From Eledone cirrhosa (lineage: Eukaryota): a DNA stretch of 64,000 bases. This document shows positions 31,084 to 45,074 of this stretch, one piece after another (position 1 is the first letter of the stretch; each line of letters opens with the position of its first letter). The notes beneath the pieces were generated by a model that made no database searches, had not been told where the DNA came from, and saw nothing but the letters and a program-made list of their open reading frames with translations. The translations under genes were made by a program, and so were the position numbers. Location of the stretch: NCBI GenBank assembly GCA_964016885.1, contig OZ024764.1, forward strand, positions 14,384,001 to 14,448,000, in the 5' to 3' direction.

Positions 31084-32225
31084 AGTGGATTGGCAGTATC
31101 GGTAGAGGGTCGGACGCCATGGTAGGGCGGTGGATTGGCAGTGTCGGTAGAGGGTCGGACGCCATGCTAGGGTGGTGGATTGGCAGTATCGGTAGAGGGT
31201 CGGACGCCATGGTAGGGCGGTGGATTGGCAGTATCGGTAGAGGGTCGGACGCCATGCTAGGGTGGTGGATTGGCAGTATCGGTAGAGGGTCGGACGCCAT
31301 GGTAGGGTGGTGGATTGGCAGTATCGGTAGAGGGTCAGACGCCATGTTAGGGTGGTAGATTGGCAGTATCGGTAGAGGGTCGGACGCCATGGTAGGGTGG
31401 TGGATTGGCAGTATCGGTAGAGGGCCGGACGCCATGGTAGGGCGGTGGATTGGCAGTATCGGTAGAGGGTCGGACGCCATGCTAGGGTGGTGGATTGGCA
31501 GTATCGGTAGAGGGTCGGACGCCATGTTAGGGTGGTAGATTGGCAGTATCGGTAGAGGGTCGGACGCCATGGTAGGGTGGTGGATTGGCAGTATCGGTAG
31601 AGGGTCGGACGCCATGGTAGGGTGGTGGATTGGCAGTATCGGTAGAGGGTCAGACGCCATGTTAGGGTGGTGGATTGGCAGAGTCGGTAGAGGGTCGGAC
31701 GCCATGGTAGGGTGGTGGATTGGCAGTATCGGTAGAGGGTCAGACGCCATGTTAGGGTGGTGGATTGGCAGTATCGGTAGAGGGTCGGACGCCATGGTAG
31801 GGTGGTGGATTGGCAGTATCGGTAGAGGGTCAGACGCCATGTTAGGGTGGTGGATTGGCAGTATCGGTAGAGGGTCGGACGCCATGGTAGGGTGGTGGAT
31901 TGGCAGTATCGGTAGAGGGCCGGACGCCATGTTAGGGTGGTGGATTGGCAGAGTCGGTAGAGGGTCAGACGCCATGCTAGGGTGGTGGATTGGCAGTGTC
32001 GGACGCCATGTTAGGGTGGTGGATTGGCAGTATCGGTAGAGGGTCAGACGCCATGTTAGGGTGGTGGATTGGCAGTGTCGGACGCCATGTTAGGGTGGTG
32101 GATTGGCAGTATCGGTAGAGGGTCGGACGCCATGTTAGGGTGGTGGATTGGCAGAGTCGGTAGAGGGTCAGACGCCATGCTAGGGTGGTGGATTGGCAGA
32201 GTCGGTAGAGGGTCAGACGCCATGC
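31084..32225 (+). repeat. 45-bp minisatellite (about 25 copies) made of the SINE family B head
   Basis: Unit gggtggtggattggcagtatcggtagagggtcggacgccatggta; the array runs on into the SINE body and B box (32226-32276). Confidence 0.92.
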
Positions 32226-32656
32226 TTTGACGCATAGTTACGGCCCTTTATTGTCTGAGTTCAAATCCTGCCAAGGATTGGTGGTGTGGTGGAACGGTGG
32301 AGTGGAGTGTAGTGGCGTGGTGTGGAGTGGAGTAGAGTGGTGGAGTGGAGTGGTGGTGTTGTGGTAGTGGAGTGGTGGAGTGGTGTGGTGTGGTGGAATA
32401 ATGGTGATTTCTATTCTTTTTTGAAATCTCTAGAAGGAATTTACTAATTATAAGTTCCTTCTGGAGGAATGTTGAGAGATGTGTAGGTGGTGGTGGTGGA
32501 GTGTGTAGGTGGTGGTGGAGTGTATGGAGGGGGGGGGGCTTGTCTTATTGTCTCCTCCCCACCCCCCTGTCTGTCCCTGTCCCCTTTCCTACACACTGCT
32601 CCTCCACTTCACCCTCCTCTCATAATCTTCACCTAGTTCATTTCTATCTCCAGCTC

Positions 32657-33300
32657 TGTGTGTGTCTATTTGTGTGTGTGTCTATTTGTGTGTGTGTGTG
32701 TCTATTTGTGTGTGTGTCTATTTGTGTGTGTGTCTATGTGTGTGTGTGTGTGTGTGTGTTTATTTGTCTGTCTGCATGTGTGTGTGTGTCTATTTGTCTG
32801 TCTGTGTGTATGTGTCTATTTGTCTGTGTGTGTGTGTGTGTGTTTATTTGTCTGTCTGTGTGTGTGTGTCTATTTGTCTGTGTGTGTGTGTCTATTTGTC
32901 TCTGTGTGTGTGTGTGTCTATTTGTCTGTGTGTGTGTGTTTATTTGTGTGTGTGTGTGTGTGTGTCTATTTGTCTCTGTGTGTGTTTATTTGTCTGTGTG
33001 TGTGTGTGTGTGTCTATTTGTCTGTGTGTGTGTGTTTATTTGTCTGTGTGTGTGTCTATTTGTCTGTGTGTGTGTCTATTTGTGTATGTTTATTTGTCTG
33101 TGTGTGTGGGTGTTTATTTATCTGTGTGTGTGTGTGTTTGTGTGTGTTTATTTGTCTGTGTGTGTGTCTGTCTATTTGTCTGTGTGTGTGTGTTTATTTG
33201 TCTGTCTATTTGTCTGTGTGTGTGTGTGTGTGTTTATTTGTCTGCCTGTGTGTGTGTATGTCTATTTGTCTGTCTGTCTGTTTGTTTCAGTGTGTGCGTG
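32657..33300. repeat. (TG)n/tatttgtc compound microsatellite
   Basis: Direct reading. Confidence 0.9.
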
Positions 33301-33734
33301 TCATAAAGGGTCATAACTCTATGCCACCTTGCCTCAAATTGGGAACTCCCGTCTAACCCATACTAGCATGGAAGATGGACGTTAAACGATGATGATGATA
33401 CAAACTACTTTAGGAAGGACTTTGTTATATCATCATCATCATCATCACCGTTTTACGTCCGTTCTTCCACGCTAGCATGGGTTAGACGGGTTGTCCTGTT
33501 GTGGGCAGTGTCTGGTCGGCTGACCATGCCTTGCTCATACAGGAACTGATCTGGCTTGATTTCTACAGCTGGATGCCCTTCCTAACACCAACCTCATTTA
33601 CAGTGAGTGCTGGGTGCTTTTTCGTGGCACCTACACGTCCACTTTACAGTGTGGGCTGGGTGCTTTTTTGCCGTGGCACCTCCACGACCACCTTGCGGTG
33701 GGGGGGGGGGGGGCATATTGTTTATATGCTTCAG

Positions 33735-34534
33735 CATGTACCCATGGGAGGTCGGGTACCCTGTATTACTGCGTGACGCCAGAAGTCACGGTCGTGTGTC
33801 ATTGACTTTGAGAGGTGTAGTTGGGTAAGGTCGGCTCTTATCACCTCATCCCAAGTCATCTTGGGTCTCCCCACTCCGCGGTTTCCATCAACTTCTAGTG
33901 CTCTGCACCTTTTTATGCAGCTGTCATCCTTCATACGCATCACATGTCCATACCAGCGTAACCGCCTCTCCTGCACGCAGCATTTGATTCCTCTTATGCT
34001 CAGTCTCTCTCTCAATTCATTTATGCTTTGTCGTTCACGTATATTACTGTTACACATCCATCGGAGCATGCAGGCTTCGTTTCTCTCTAATCTACGTAAG
34101 TCTTCCACCTTCAGCGCCCAGGTCTCACTACCATGCAACATCGCTGTTCGGATACACGCATCATACAGTCTGCCTTTCATTCTGAGGGAGAAGCCTTTTG
34201 CAGCTAGCAGTGGTAGTAGTTCCCTAAACTTCTTCCATCCCGTTCTTACCCTAGTTATTGTACTTTCTGAGCACCCACCTCCGTTGCTAATTCGGTCACC
34301 TAGGTAGCAGAAGCTGTCTACTGTTTCTACAGGGCCCTCCCAGAGATTGGTGGTACTTGTTTCCTGTGGCTGTTTGCTTGCTGTTTCAGCACAGCTGCTG
34401 CATGTGAATCCTACATTCTTAATTAAGCTTCCTGAGATCCCGCTACATCTCTTGTGTACCCATTGTTTGCATTTGGGGCAAAGAATGGAGTTCCTACCTA
34501 CACCTTTCCTACATACTGAGCAAGGCCATTTCCT
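33735..34534 (-). mobile_element. RTE-clade LINE fragment with a PHD-type zinc finger before the RT C-terminal region
   Basis: KWPCSVCRKGVGRNSILCPKCKQWVHKRCSG...FTCSSC, then VDSFCYLG, LYDACIRTAMLHGSETW and RRLRWYGHV. Confidence 0.88.
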
Positions 34535-35140
34535 ATATATATGGTGCTACTGGTAACATGTATCCCAATACAACCTGTCTCATGGTCGGGTCGTTGGCGA
34601 CTAAACTGACAACGCCACCAAGGTTTCTTGGTGAGGAGGGTGACTTTGGACATCCTTCAGGACTAAAAACAAAACCTGTCAAAGGGCAAAGGAGCTCTTA
34701 AGAGTCAATGGCCATCCAAAATTACCGGAAGAGATGACCCCTTAGCCTTTGTCAAGGCAGAATTCTAGAAGAAGGAAAACTCTGATATAACACCTGCAAC
34801 CCTCATGGTATCCAATGATGTTGACATGTTCTTCTTTTTGGTAAATATCATCTTGGTTAAGAGAGTGGGACTGGCTTTGTGCAGTGCCTTTGCTCACTAT
34901 AAAAGCTTCACGGCACAGGCATTGCTTTATATCTGGAGATCTCTCTGCATTTGTCGTCACATGGTACCAAGGGCCCTGCACTATGTGTCAATAATTGTCA
35001 CAAGTGTAGTGTTTGTACCAGAGTTTTCAAGTCGCTGGCTGGACTAAAAAGTCACACTCGTTCAGCGCATCAGTAGGGGTTCTCCTACATGGATATAAAG
35101 TAGTGGCCATACTCGAAAACGAGTTGGCAGCCACCATGTG

Positions 35141-35173
<33 letters not shown>

Positions 35174-35955
35174 GTATATATATATATGTATATCAAAGAC
35201 CTCCCTAAAGTAGCTTGGTTCAATCAGCCACCCAACATCCAGTGACTTCCACATCTGGTTACAGTTTTTAACCTCCTTCCCTGCTCCCCCTATCTCTTTC
35301 TCTCAGCCCCTTCCCTCACCCTACCTTCCACCATCTATACCACCACCACCACCATCCATATCAGCACCCACCCCATTTCCACCACTTCACATCATTGAGT
35401 CATTTTATTCATAAGTTGTGAGGTTGTAGTAGTAGTTTTGGTGGTGGTGGTGGTAGTAGTAGTGTTGGTGGTAGTGTTAGTGGTGGTGGTGGTGGTGGTA
35501 GTGTTGTTAGTGGTGGTAATAGTAGTGGTGGTGTTGGTAGAAGTTGTGGTAGTAGTGTTGGTGGTGGTTGTAGTAGAAGTGGAAGTAGTGGTGTTAGTAG
35601 TAGTAATATTTGTAGAGGAAATAGTAGTAGTACTTGTTGAAGTGGTAGTAGTAGTAGTAGTAGAAGTGACAGTAGTAGTATTTGTAGTGGTAGTAGTAGT
35701 GCTAGTTGGAGCAGAATAATTACCTCCCCTGGGCTGATAGATTTTTACCTCAAAGACTTTGACTGAATATACACACATATATGTATATCAAAACCGTTTG
35801 GCGTCGCTGTCGGGATTTTACACACACGCGCGCGCACACACGCACACACACAGATACACACACACACACACAGATAATACATTTTACTATAGAAATGACT
35901 TCTACATGACTAGAAGTGTTTCATTCATAAGAAATCATATAAATATATATATATA

Positions 35956-36148
35956 ACGAAGGAAGTGTGGTAAGGAACCAGGTGGACCATAACGCACCAA
36001 AGTACTCAATACTTAGGGTAGTAGAGTGGGTAATAGGAACGAGTAGGACCCCAACGGCTGAGCTCAAGCCGTTTCGACGGCTAATTCTGTCCAGAATTAG
36101 CCGTCGAAACGGCTTGAGCTCAGCCGTCGGGGTCCTACTCGTTCCTAT
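35956..36148. mobile_element. Fold-back element family H4, copy 2
   Basis: Arms about 36033-36089 / 36092-36148; flanked by TA runs. Confidence 0.7.
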
Positions 36149-36181
36149 ATATATATAATTTAACGTCCATTTTCCATGGTA

Positions 36182-36238
<57 letters not shown>

Positions 36239-36371
36239 GGAAGGGATATTTAATTTGTTGGAAATTCAACAAATATAAATGTTTATAACTGATTCAGAGC
36301 ACTCTACAGGTTTCTGGAGAAAATATTCAATACTATTAAAGGAATGGAAACTATATTTATAAAACCATATT

Positions 36372-36433
36372 TATTCTATTATATATATTTCAAGGGTACC
36401 AAAAACTTTGGTACGCTATCATCAGATAAAATA
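36372..36433 (-). ncRNA. Type I hammerhead ribozyme motif (mirror copy)
   Basis: Reverse complement of 36566-36627. Confidence 0.7.
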
Positions 36434-36565
36434 CAAAGAGTGTTTTATAAATTTTGACATAGCCAAGGAAAACATACCTTATCAGTTGAATATACGACCC
36501 AACAAAAATTAAACCGATAAGGTATGTTTTCCTTGGCTATGTCAAAATTTATAAAACACTCTTTG

Positions 36566-36627
36566 TATTTTATCTGATGATAGCGTACCAAAGTTTTTGG
36601 TACCCTTGAAATATATATAATAGAATA
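36566..36627 (+). ncRNA. Type I hammerhead ribozyme motif
   Basis: UAUUUUAU-CUGAUGA-uagcGUACCAAA guu UUUGGUACccuu-GAA-AUAUAUAU-A-AUAGAAUA; 8-bp stem I with one GU pair; predicted cut after 36619. Confidence 0.72.
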
Positions 36628-36667
36628 AATATGGTTTTATAAATATAGTTTCCATTTCTTTAATATC

Positions 36668-36732
<65 letters not shown>

Positions 36733-36775
36733 GCAGAAGTATGTTGTTTATATATATATTTTGTTGCAGAAGTGT

Positions 36776-36818
<43 letters not shown>

Positions 36819-36825
36819 TAATCAG

Positions 36826-36885
<60 letters not shown>

Positions 36886-37351
36886 CACATACACATATAT
36901 ATATATATATATATCTGTGTGTGTGTGGCTCTCTCTTTATATATAAATCTGATTACTCAACCGTTTCATGTCACAGTTGAGGGGAGATAATTACTGATTT
37001 CCTTTGTCATTGTTGTGGGTTACCTTTCCCTGGTATAACGATTTCAGAAACGTCACACACACAGAAATATAAATATATCGACTGCATCTCCGCCCTGCTT
37101 GTGTATGAGATATAGCCCTCACTTACACCAGATTTGTATTGTGCATTCTTACGCCCAATCTCATCTTATTGTGAAGGTGGTTTTGTTTATACAGCTCCTC
37201 ACCCCATATATATATATATATATATATATAAACACGTGCATATGTTACTGTGATAGATAAGTCCCACTCCTATTGTATATACAATGTTTTGGCATCCATT
37301 CAGTCATATATAAGCCACATGATGCTATCTGTAAAAATAAAAATAACTAAC

Positions 37352-37555
37352 TTAACCCTTTAGCATTTAAACTGGCCATTTCTGTTCAAACTGGCTGTAA
37401 CTGGTTGCTCGTACAGATGTTAAAGTATTGTTCTCAAAATAAATAATATCGAAATCTTATAGCTTCAATATTATGTGAAATAATTATGTAAGGTAAAGCA
37501 TTTACCACGAAAATTCAATAGTATATATAGAGTAATATGAATGCTTAAAGGTTAA
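37352..37555. mobile_element. piggyBac-like MITE
   Basis: TTAA-ccctttagcatt ... atgcttaaagg-TTAA; further partial copies at 37921-38079 and 46765-46934. Confidence 0.7.
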
Positions 37556-38079
37556 ATTACGTTTATGTTAAATAAAACAACAACAAAAATATAACTCTTT
37601 TAGCTAGAATAATCCCCATCACTGACAATACAGCCTGGAATGATACATATCATAATGTATTTCTAGGATCTTTTTCTCATTGTAAAAAATAACTAACTTC
37701 AATTGTGTTTGCATTTAAAAACAAAAACAAATTTAGCTGAATTAATCCTAACCCTTGCCAATACAGTCTGGAACAGTAGATATTATAACAATGTATTTCT
37801 AGATTTCTAGGATTTTTTCAACTATATTTTATGACTTGAGTATAATACCACCCCTGTTTCTGAAGCCAAAAACAGAAAGGAGGGGGGGGGGTTTGGAAAC
37901 TAACCCCATTTTTTGTTTATTTAACCCTTTAGAATTTAAACCGGCCATATCCGGCCAGAATTCTCTCACCTCTTTCTGTTAGAACTGGCCATAACTGGCC
38001 CCTCATACCGACTTTAAGGTATTGTTCTCAAAATAAATAATATCAATCTCATAGACTCGATATTATGTGAGATATTATG

Positions 38080-39543
38080 TGGAACAAGCTACCTCCATCA
38101 GTTGTTAGCTGTCGAGACACTGCATCCTTTAAAACCTCCATGGAACAAACTACCTCCATCAGTTGTTAGCTGTCGAGACACTGCATCCTTTAAAACCTCC
38201 ATGGAACAAACTACCTGCATCGGTTGTTAGCTGTCGAGACACTGCATCCTTTAAAACCTCCATGGAACAAACTACCTACATCAGTTATTAGCTGTCGAGA
38301 CACTGCATCCTTTAAAACCTCCATGGAACAAACTACCTGCATCGGTTGTTAGCTGTCGAGACACTGCATCCTTTAAAACCTCCATGGAACAAACTACCTA
38401 CATCGGTTGTTAGCTGTCGAGACACTGCATCCTTTAAAACCTCCATGGAACAAACTACCTACATCAGTTGTTAGCTGTCGAGACACTGCATCCTTTAAAA
38501 CCTCCATGGAACAAACTACCTACATCAGTTGTTAGCTGTCGAGACACTGCATCCTTTAAAACCTCCATGGAACAAACTACCTACATCAGTTGTTAGCTGT
38601 CGAGACACTGCATCCTTTAAAACCTCCATGGAACAAACTACCTACATCAGCTGTTAGCTGTCGAGACACTGCATCCTTTAAAACCTCCATGGAACAAACT
38701 ACCTACATCAGTTGTTAGCTGTCGAGACACTGCATCCTTTAAAACCTCCATGGAACAAACTACCTACATCGGTTGTTAGCTGTCGAGACACTGCATCCTT
38801 TAAAACCTCCATGGAACAAACTACCTGCATCAGTTGTTAGCTGTCGAGACACTGCATCCTTTAAAACCTCCATGGAACAAACTACCTGCATCAGTTGTTA
38901 GCTGTCGAGACACTGCATCCTTTAAAACCTCCATGGAACAAACTACCTACATCAGTTGTTAGCTGTCGAGACACTGCATCCTTTAAAACCTCCATGGAAC
39001 AAACTACCTGCATCAGTTGTTAGCTGTCGAGACACTGCATCCTTTAAAACCTCCATGGAACAAACTACCTGCATCAGTTGTTAGCTGTCGAGACACTGCA
39101 TCCTTTAAAACCTCCATGGAACAAACTACCTACATCAGTTGTTAGCTGTCGAGACACTGCATCCTTTAAAACCTCCATGGAACAAACTACCTGCATCAGT
39201 TGTTAGCTGTCGAGACACTGCATCCTTTAAAACCTCCATGGAACAAACTACCTCCATCGGTTGTTAGCTGTCGAGACACTGCATCCTTTAAAACCTCCAT
39301 GGAACAAACTACCTGCATCGGTTGTTAGCTGTCGAGACACTGCATCCTTTAAAACCTCCATGGAACAAACTCCCTGCATCAGTTGTTAGCTGTCGAGACA
39401 CTGCATCCTTTAAAACCTCCATGGAACAAACTACCTGCATCAGTTGTTAGCTGTCGAGACACTGCATCCTTTAAAACCTCCATGGAACAAACTACCTGCA
39501 TCAGTTGTTAGCTGTCGAGACACTGCATCCTTTAAAACCTCCA
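38080..39543. repeat. 61-bp minisatellite (about 24 copies)
   Basis: tggaacaaactacctgcatcagttgttagctgtcgagacactgcatcctttaaaacctcca; low-copy parent at 54620-54860. Confidence 0.95.
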
Positions 39544-40139
39544 TACTTCCTGAGATTCGCCAACACTACACCTAATGTTCCCGCTCCATACACACACACA
39601 CATGTATATCATTACTCATACACTGTTCACTTCCCTGACATTTGTATATTATTCTATGTACTATACATGCACCTTTGACGAGTTGTAGTGCACCTGAGCA
39701 CTGTACACAATAATTTCATTGTTATTATTATTATTTTATATATATATATATATATATACCCCGTTCAACCTATGAAAGCATGGAAAGGCGGATGTAAAAA
39801 CGATAATGATGAAGATCCCTAAAAATATAATTGTACTGTATTGTATGTCAAACCCTCTTCCCTATTTTCATTTATCTATCCAATGTCTGTGATTTGCATT
39901 CAGCCCTCGTAGAGATTGTTATGTAGTAGTAAAATGTTCTGACCCTGTCTCTCTCTTTCTCCCCCCCCCCACCTCTCCCCCCCCCCCCCTCTCTCTTCTC
40001 TATCCATCTGTCTACCTATCTCTCTCTCTCTCTTTGTCCTCATTGCTTGCAGTGGATCTTGAAATGTATAACAGGTATATATATATATCCATACATACAT
40101 CTTTACAAACAAACAAACATACATACATACATATGTGTA

Positions 40140-40169
40140 TATATATTTATATATACATATATATTCATA

Positions 40170-40204
<35 letters not shown>

Positions 40205-40422
40205 TTATATATATATATATATTTATTTATATATATATATATATTTATTTATATATATATATATATTTATTTATATATAATATATATATTTATTTATATA
40301 TATATCTATTTATATATATATTTATTTATATATATATATATTTATATATATATATATTTATATATATATTTATTTATATATATATATATTTATTTATATA
40401 TATATATATTTATTTATATATA

Positions 40423-40495
<73 letters not shown>

Positions 40496-40534
40496 TTATT
40501 TATTTATATATATATATTTATTTATTTATATATA

Positions 40535-40581
<47 letters not shown>

Positions 40582-40709
40582 TTATATATATATATATATA
40601 TTTATTTATTTATATATATATATTTATTTATTTATATATATATATATATTTATTTATTTATATATATATATTTATTTATTTATATATATATATTTATTTA
40701 TATATATTT

Positions 40710-40750
<41 letters not shown>
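40140..40750. repeat. (TA)n/(TTTA)n microsatellite
   Basis: Direct reading. Confidence 0.95.
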
Positions 40751-40763
<13 letters not shown>

Positions 40764-41244
40764 CATACATACATGCTTACATACGTACATATATCTTGCA
40801 GTTTATATTTTGTTTCGTTGTCTGCATGGTCATCATTTGTGATCTTGTAATCTTATATATATATATTTCTTCTATTTTTCTGCATGTTTCTTCAAATTTT
40901 CCTCACTTAAATATTGCCATATTGTCCTAAACTTTACTATTACTTTTATTATTATTATTATCATTTCTTTGCCCAACTTCTAAAGCTGGAGATGTATTAC
41001 AGTGTTAGCTGTTCACTGCCAGTGAACTGAGGTAACACCCTTTATTTTTCGAGTACCCTCCAGAGTATTCATGGTCCCTAAATCCCTTACTTCTTTTATC
41101 AAAAGACTTGGGATCCAAAACTTCATAGGCAGTGCCCAAATTTCTACCTTCACTAATACTGTCAGAACCGTACACAATATATTGAGCCTCTCAGATCAGG
41201 GACTGATCTGAGGCCAATTAACACACTCTACCTAGCAACCAATA

Positions 41245-41642
41245 TACGAGGGTAATCCCAAAAGTAAGGTCTCCAAAGCGATGGGGACGCAGAGAAACTG
41301 TTCGTACGGCTGTTGGCAACACTGTTGTGATTGGTGCTTCCTTCACTCCCAAACAAGCATGCGCGCGCTTCGCTGGGATGCTCAATCTTGGCTTGGCAGC
41401 TGTTAAGAATGGAGTTTCCGTTGAATGCTACCACCAAGTGCAAATTTTGCGCAGATATTATATATGAGGGCAATCCCAAAAGTAAGGTCTCCTTCCGAGG
41501 AAAACATGTGTAAAGATCGGCAGATCACTCTGGATGCTCTCTGCGTTTTGGTTCCTGAGGTTTCCCGAAGCACCATCCACAGGATTTTAACGGAAAAGTT
41601 GCAATGTCGGAAGGAGACCTTACTTTTGGGATTGCCCTCATA
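41245..41642 (+). mobile_element. Mariner remnants: two left TIRs, one right TIR, transposase fragments
   Basis: TIR tacgagggtaatcccaaaagtaaggtctcc at 41245 and 41463, inverted at 41613-41642; DRQITLDALCVLVPEVSRSTIHRILTEKL resembles the second mariner HTH. Confidence 0.85.
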
Positions 41643-42710
41643 TATATATATACATCCCACACCCTACTCCATCCTCCAACTTCCACCCACACCTCCCTTT
41701 CTCTGTAAAGTTCTGTTGGTACCACAGAACATCCAGCTCACACTGTAAAGTTATCATGTAGGTGTCAACAAAAAGTACCCAGTACACACAGTAAAGTGTT
41801 AGTGTAGGTGTCACAACAAAAAGTACCCAGTCCACACTGTAAAGTAGTCGTGTAGGTGTCACGACAAAAAGTACCCAGTCCATACTGTAAAATAGTCATG
41901 TAGGTGTCACAACAAAAAGCACCCAGTCCACAGTGTAAAGTGGTCATGTAGGAGACACGGTAAAAAGCACCCAGCACTCACTGTAAATATGGTTGTTGTG
42001 GTGACTACATAGTTTGTTGCAGTGACCTTTTTAGTCTTTCTGAGCATGGTCTTCTCTGGTGCTGGTGCCACAACAAAATACACCCAGTACACTCTGTAAA
42101 ATGATTGTAGTGACTACCTAGTGTTTGTTGTGACTTTTTTGTCTTGTCAAAGACATGACAACCTTTCTGGTGCTGGTACCACAGCAAAGTGCACCTAGTA
42201 CACTCTGTAAAGTGATAGTAGCCACTATGTAGTTGGAGTGGTGACATTGTTGTCTTGTCAAGGACATGACAACCTTTCTAGGGCTGGTAAAATACACCCA
42301 GTACACTCTGTAAAGTCACAGTTGACATGGAAATTAGAAACATACCCCCCCCCCCCTCTCTCTCCCCCTTTCTCCCTCCCTTTAGTCCTCGCGATTTTGT
42401 CATCTTGACCATGCCCCCTTCCCCAAACAAGTTATATGTATCTAATTTCAGTTTGATATGCATGAACGCCACCTAATCAGGCCTGATGTTGTATAAGCAT
42501 GTTATGTATGTATGTATGTATATATGCATGTGTATGTGTGTACATACAAAAATGTATATGTATTTTTATGGAGTATGACATGCTACATGCTAGGCCTTCA
42601 CTCAGTTTCTTTCTCATACACACACACAAACATATCTAGACATACACACACACACACATATAATATTGCTTTTTGCCCATATATATATAAAATACATAAA
42701 TATATAATAC

Positions 42711-42761
<51 letters not shown>

Positions 42762-42803
42762 TTTCAGAAGATCCCGATTGACGTGAAAGCAGAAATTCTT
42801 TGC

Positions 42804-43029
42804 TTAACCCTTTGGCATTTACATTACTCTATATTTACTATTGTATTTTCATGGTAAAGGCTGAATCTCATGATTATCTCACATAATATCAAATCTATGA
42901 GATTTTGATATTATTTATTTTGGGAACAATACCTTAACAAAAGTATGAGCAGCCGGTTACAACCGGTTTAACAGAAAGAGACAAGAGAATTCTGGCTGGA
43001 TATGGTCGGTTTAAATGCTAAAGGGTTAA
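42804..43029. mobile_element. piggyBac-like MITE with TTAA target-site duplication
   Basis: TTAA-ccctttggcattta ... taaatgctaaaggg-TTAA; empty-site paralog at 30901-30963 (minus). Confidence 0.85.
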
Positions 43030-43086
43030 ACTTCAATCTGATCTCATAATAAATATTTGGTCGACGGGTTTATATATATATATTAT

Positions 43087-43353
43087 ACAATTAACAACAA
43101 AGAGCGCTTAGAACATAGGTATATCTTTAATTGCTAACAGTGTTTCGTCCACACTAGAAGTGGGACTCTTCAGAGCTTTATGCTCTGAAGAGTCCCACTT
43201 CTAGTGTGGACGAAACACTGTTAGCAATTAAAGATATACCTATGTTCTAATCGCTCTTTGTTGTTAATTGTTTTACGGCTCTGTCCTCTGACATTGAGCT
43301 AACCATATACTGCCTATTTGATAAGTGGAGTGTTACACACTCCCAATTCTCTC

Positions 43354-43357
<4 letters not shown>
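43087..43357. mobile_element. Fold-back element family H2 in (TA)n, 90-bp arms, hammerhead core in each arm
   Basis: Arms 43087-43176 / 43182-43271 (one mismatch seen), 5-nt spacer; right side extends to (TA)n at 43357. Confidence 0.75.
43176..43233 (+). ncRNA. Type I hammerhead ribozyme motif
   Basis: CUUUAUGCU-CUGAAGA-GUCC cac uucua gug u GGAC-GAA-ACA c UGU-U-AGCA au UAAAG; complete core, canonical G10.1-C11.1 pair, GUU site (cut after 43222). Confidence 0.82.
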
Positions 43358-43390
<33 letters not shown>

Positions 43391-43679
43391 TATATATACA
43401 ACCCTTATCGAGACATCTTCGGATTTTGGTCCTTGTATTTATTATTACTATATATATATATATATATATATATATTGGGCAAATTTTTTCTGCTCTGGAT
43501 GAAATGTCCGCTAATTAATAATATATATTATCATGGCTGATTAATGTATGTTTCTCTCTCTATCGCTTTATCTATATATATATATATATATTTTTCTTCT
43601 TTCAATCTGTTTCACCTTAGCTAACGAACCTCACCACTAATATATTACTTTCGCAATCTTATATTTTCGCTTCATATAT

Positions 43680-45070
<1,391 letters not shown>

Positions 45071-45074
45071 TGTT

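Larger units (their letters stand above)
36235..36676. mobile_element. Fold-back element family H1 in (TA)n, arms about 165 bp, one hammerhead per arm
   Basis: Arms 36323-36487 / 36512-36676, few mismatches; long (TA)n on both sides. Confidence 0.75.

Noticed and set aside
34560-35135. Possible LINE 5' region and decayed endonuclease-like peptide
   Set aside because: Only vague resemblance with many stops; cannot be supported without a search.
36940-37200. Promoter-like unique sequence (ccgccc, ccaat, acgtca)
   Set aside because: Short motifs expected by chance; no transcript evidence.
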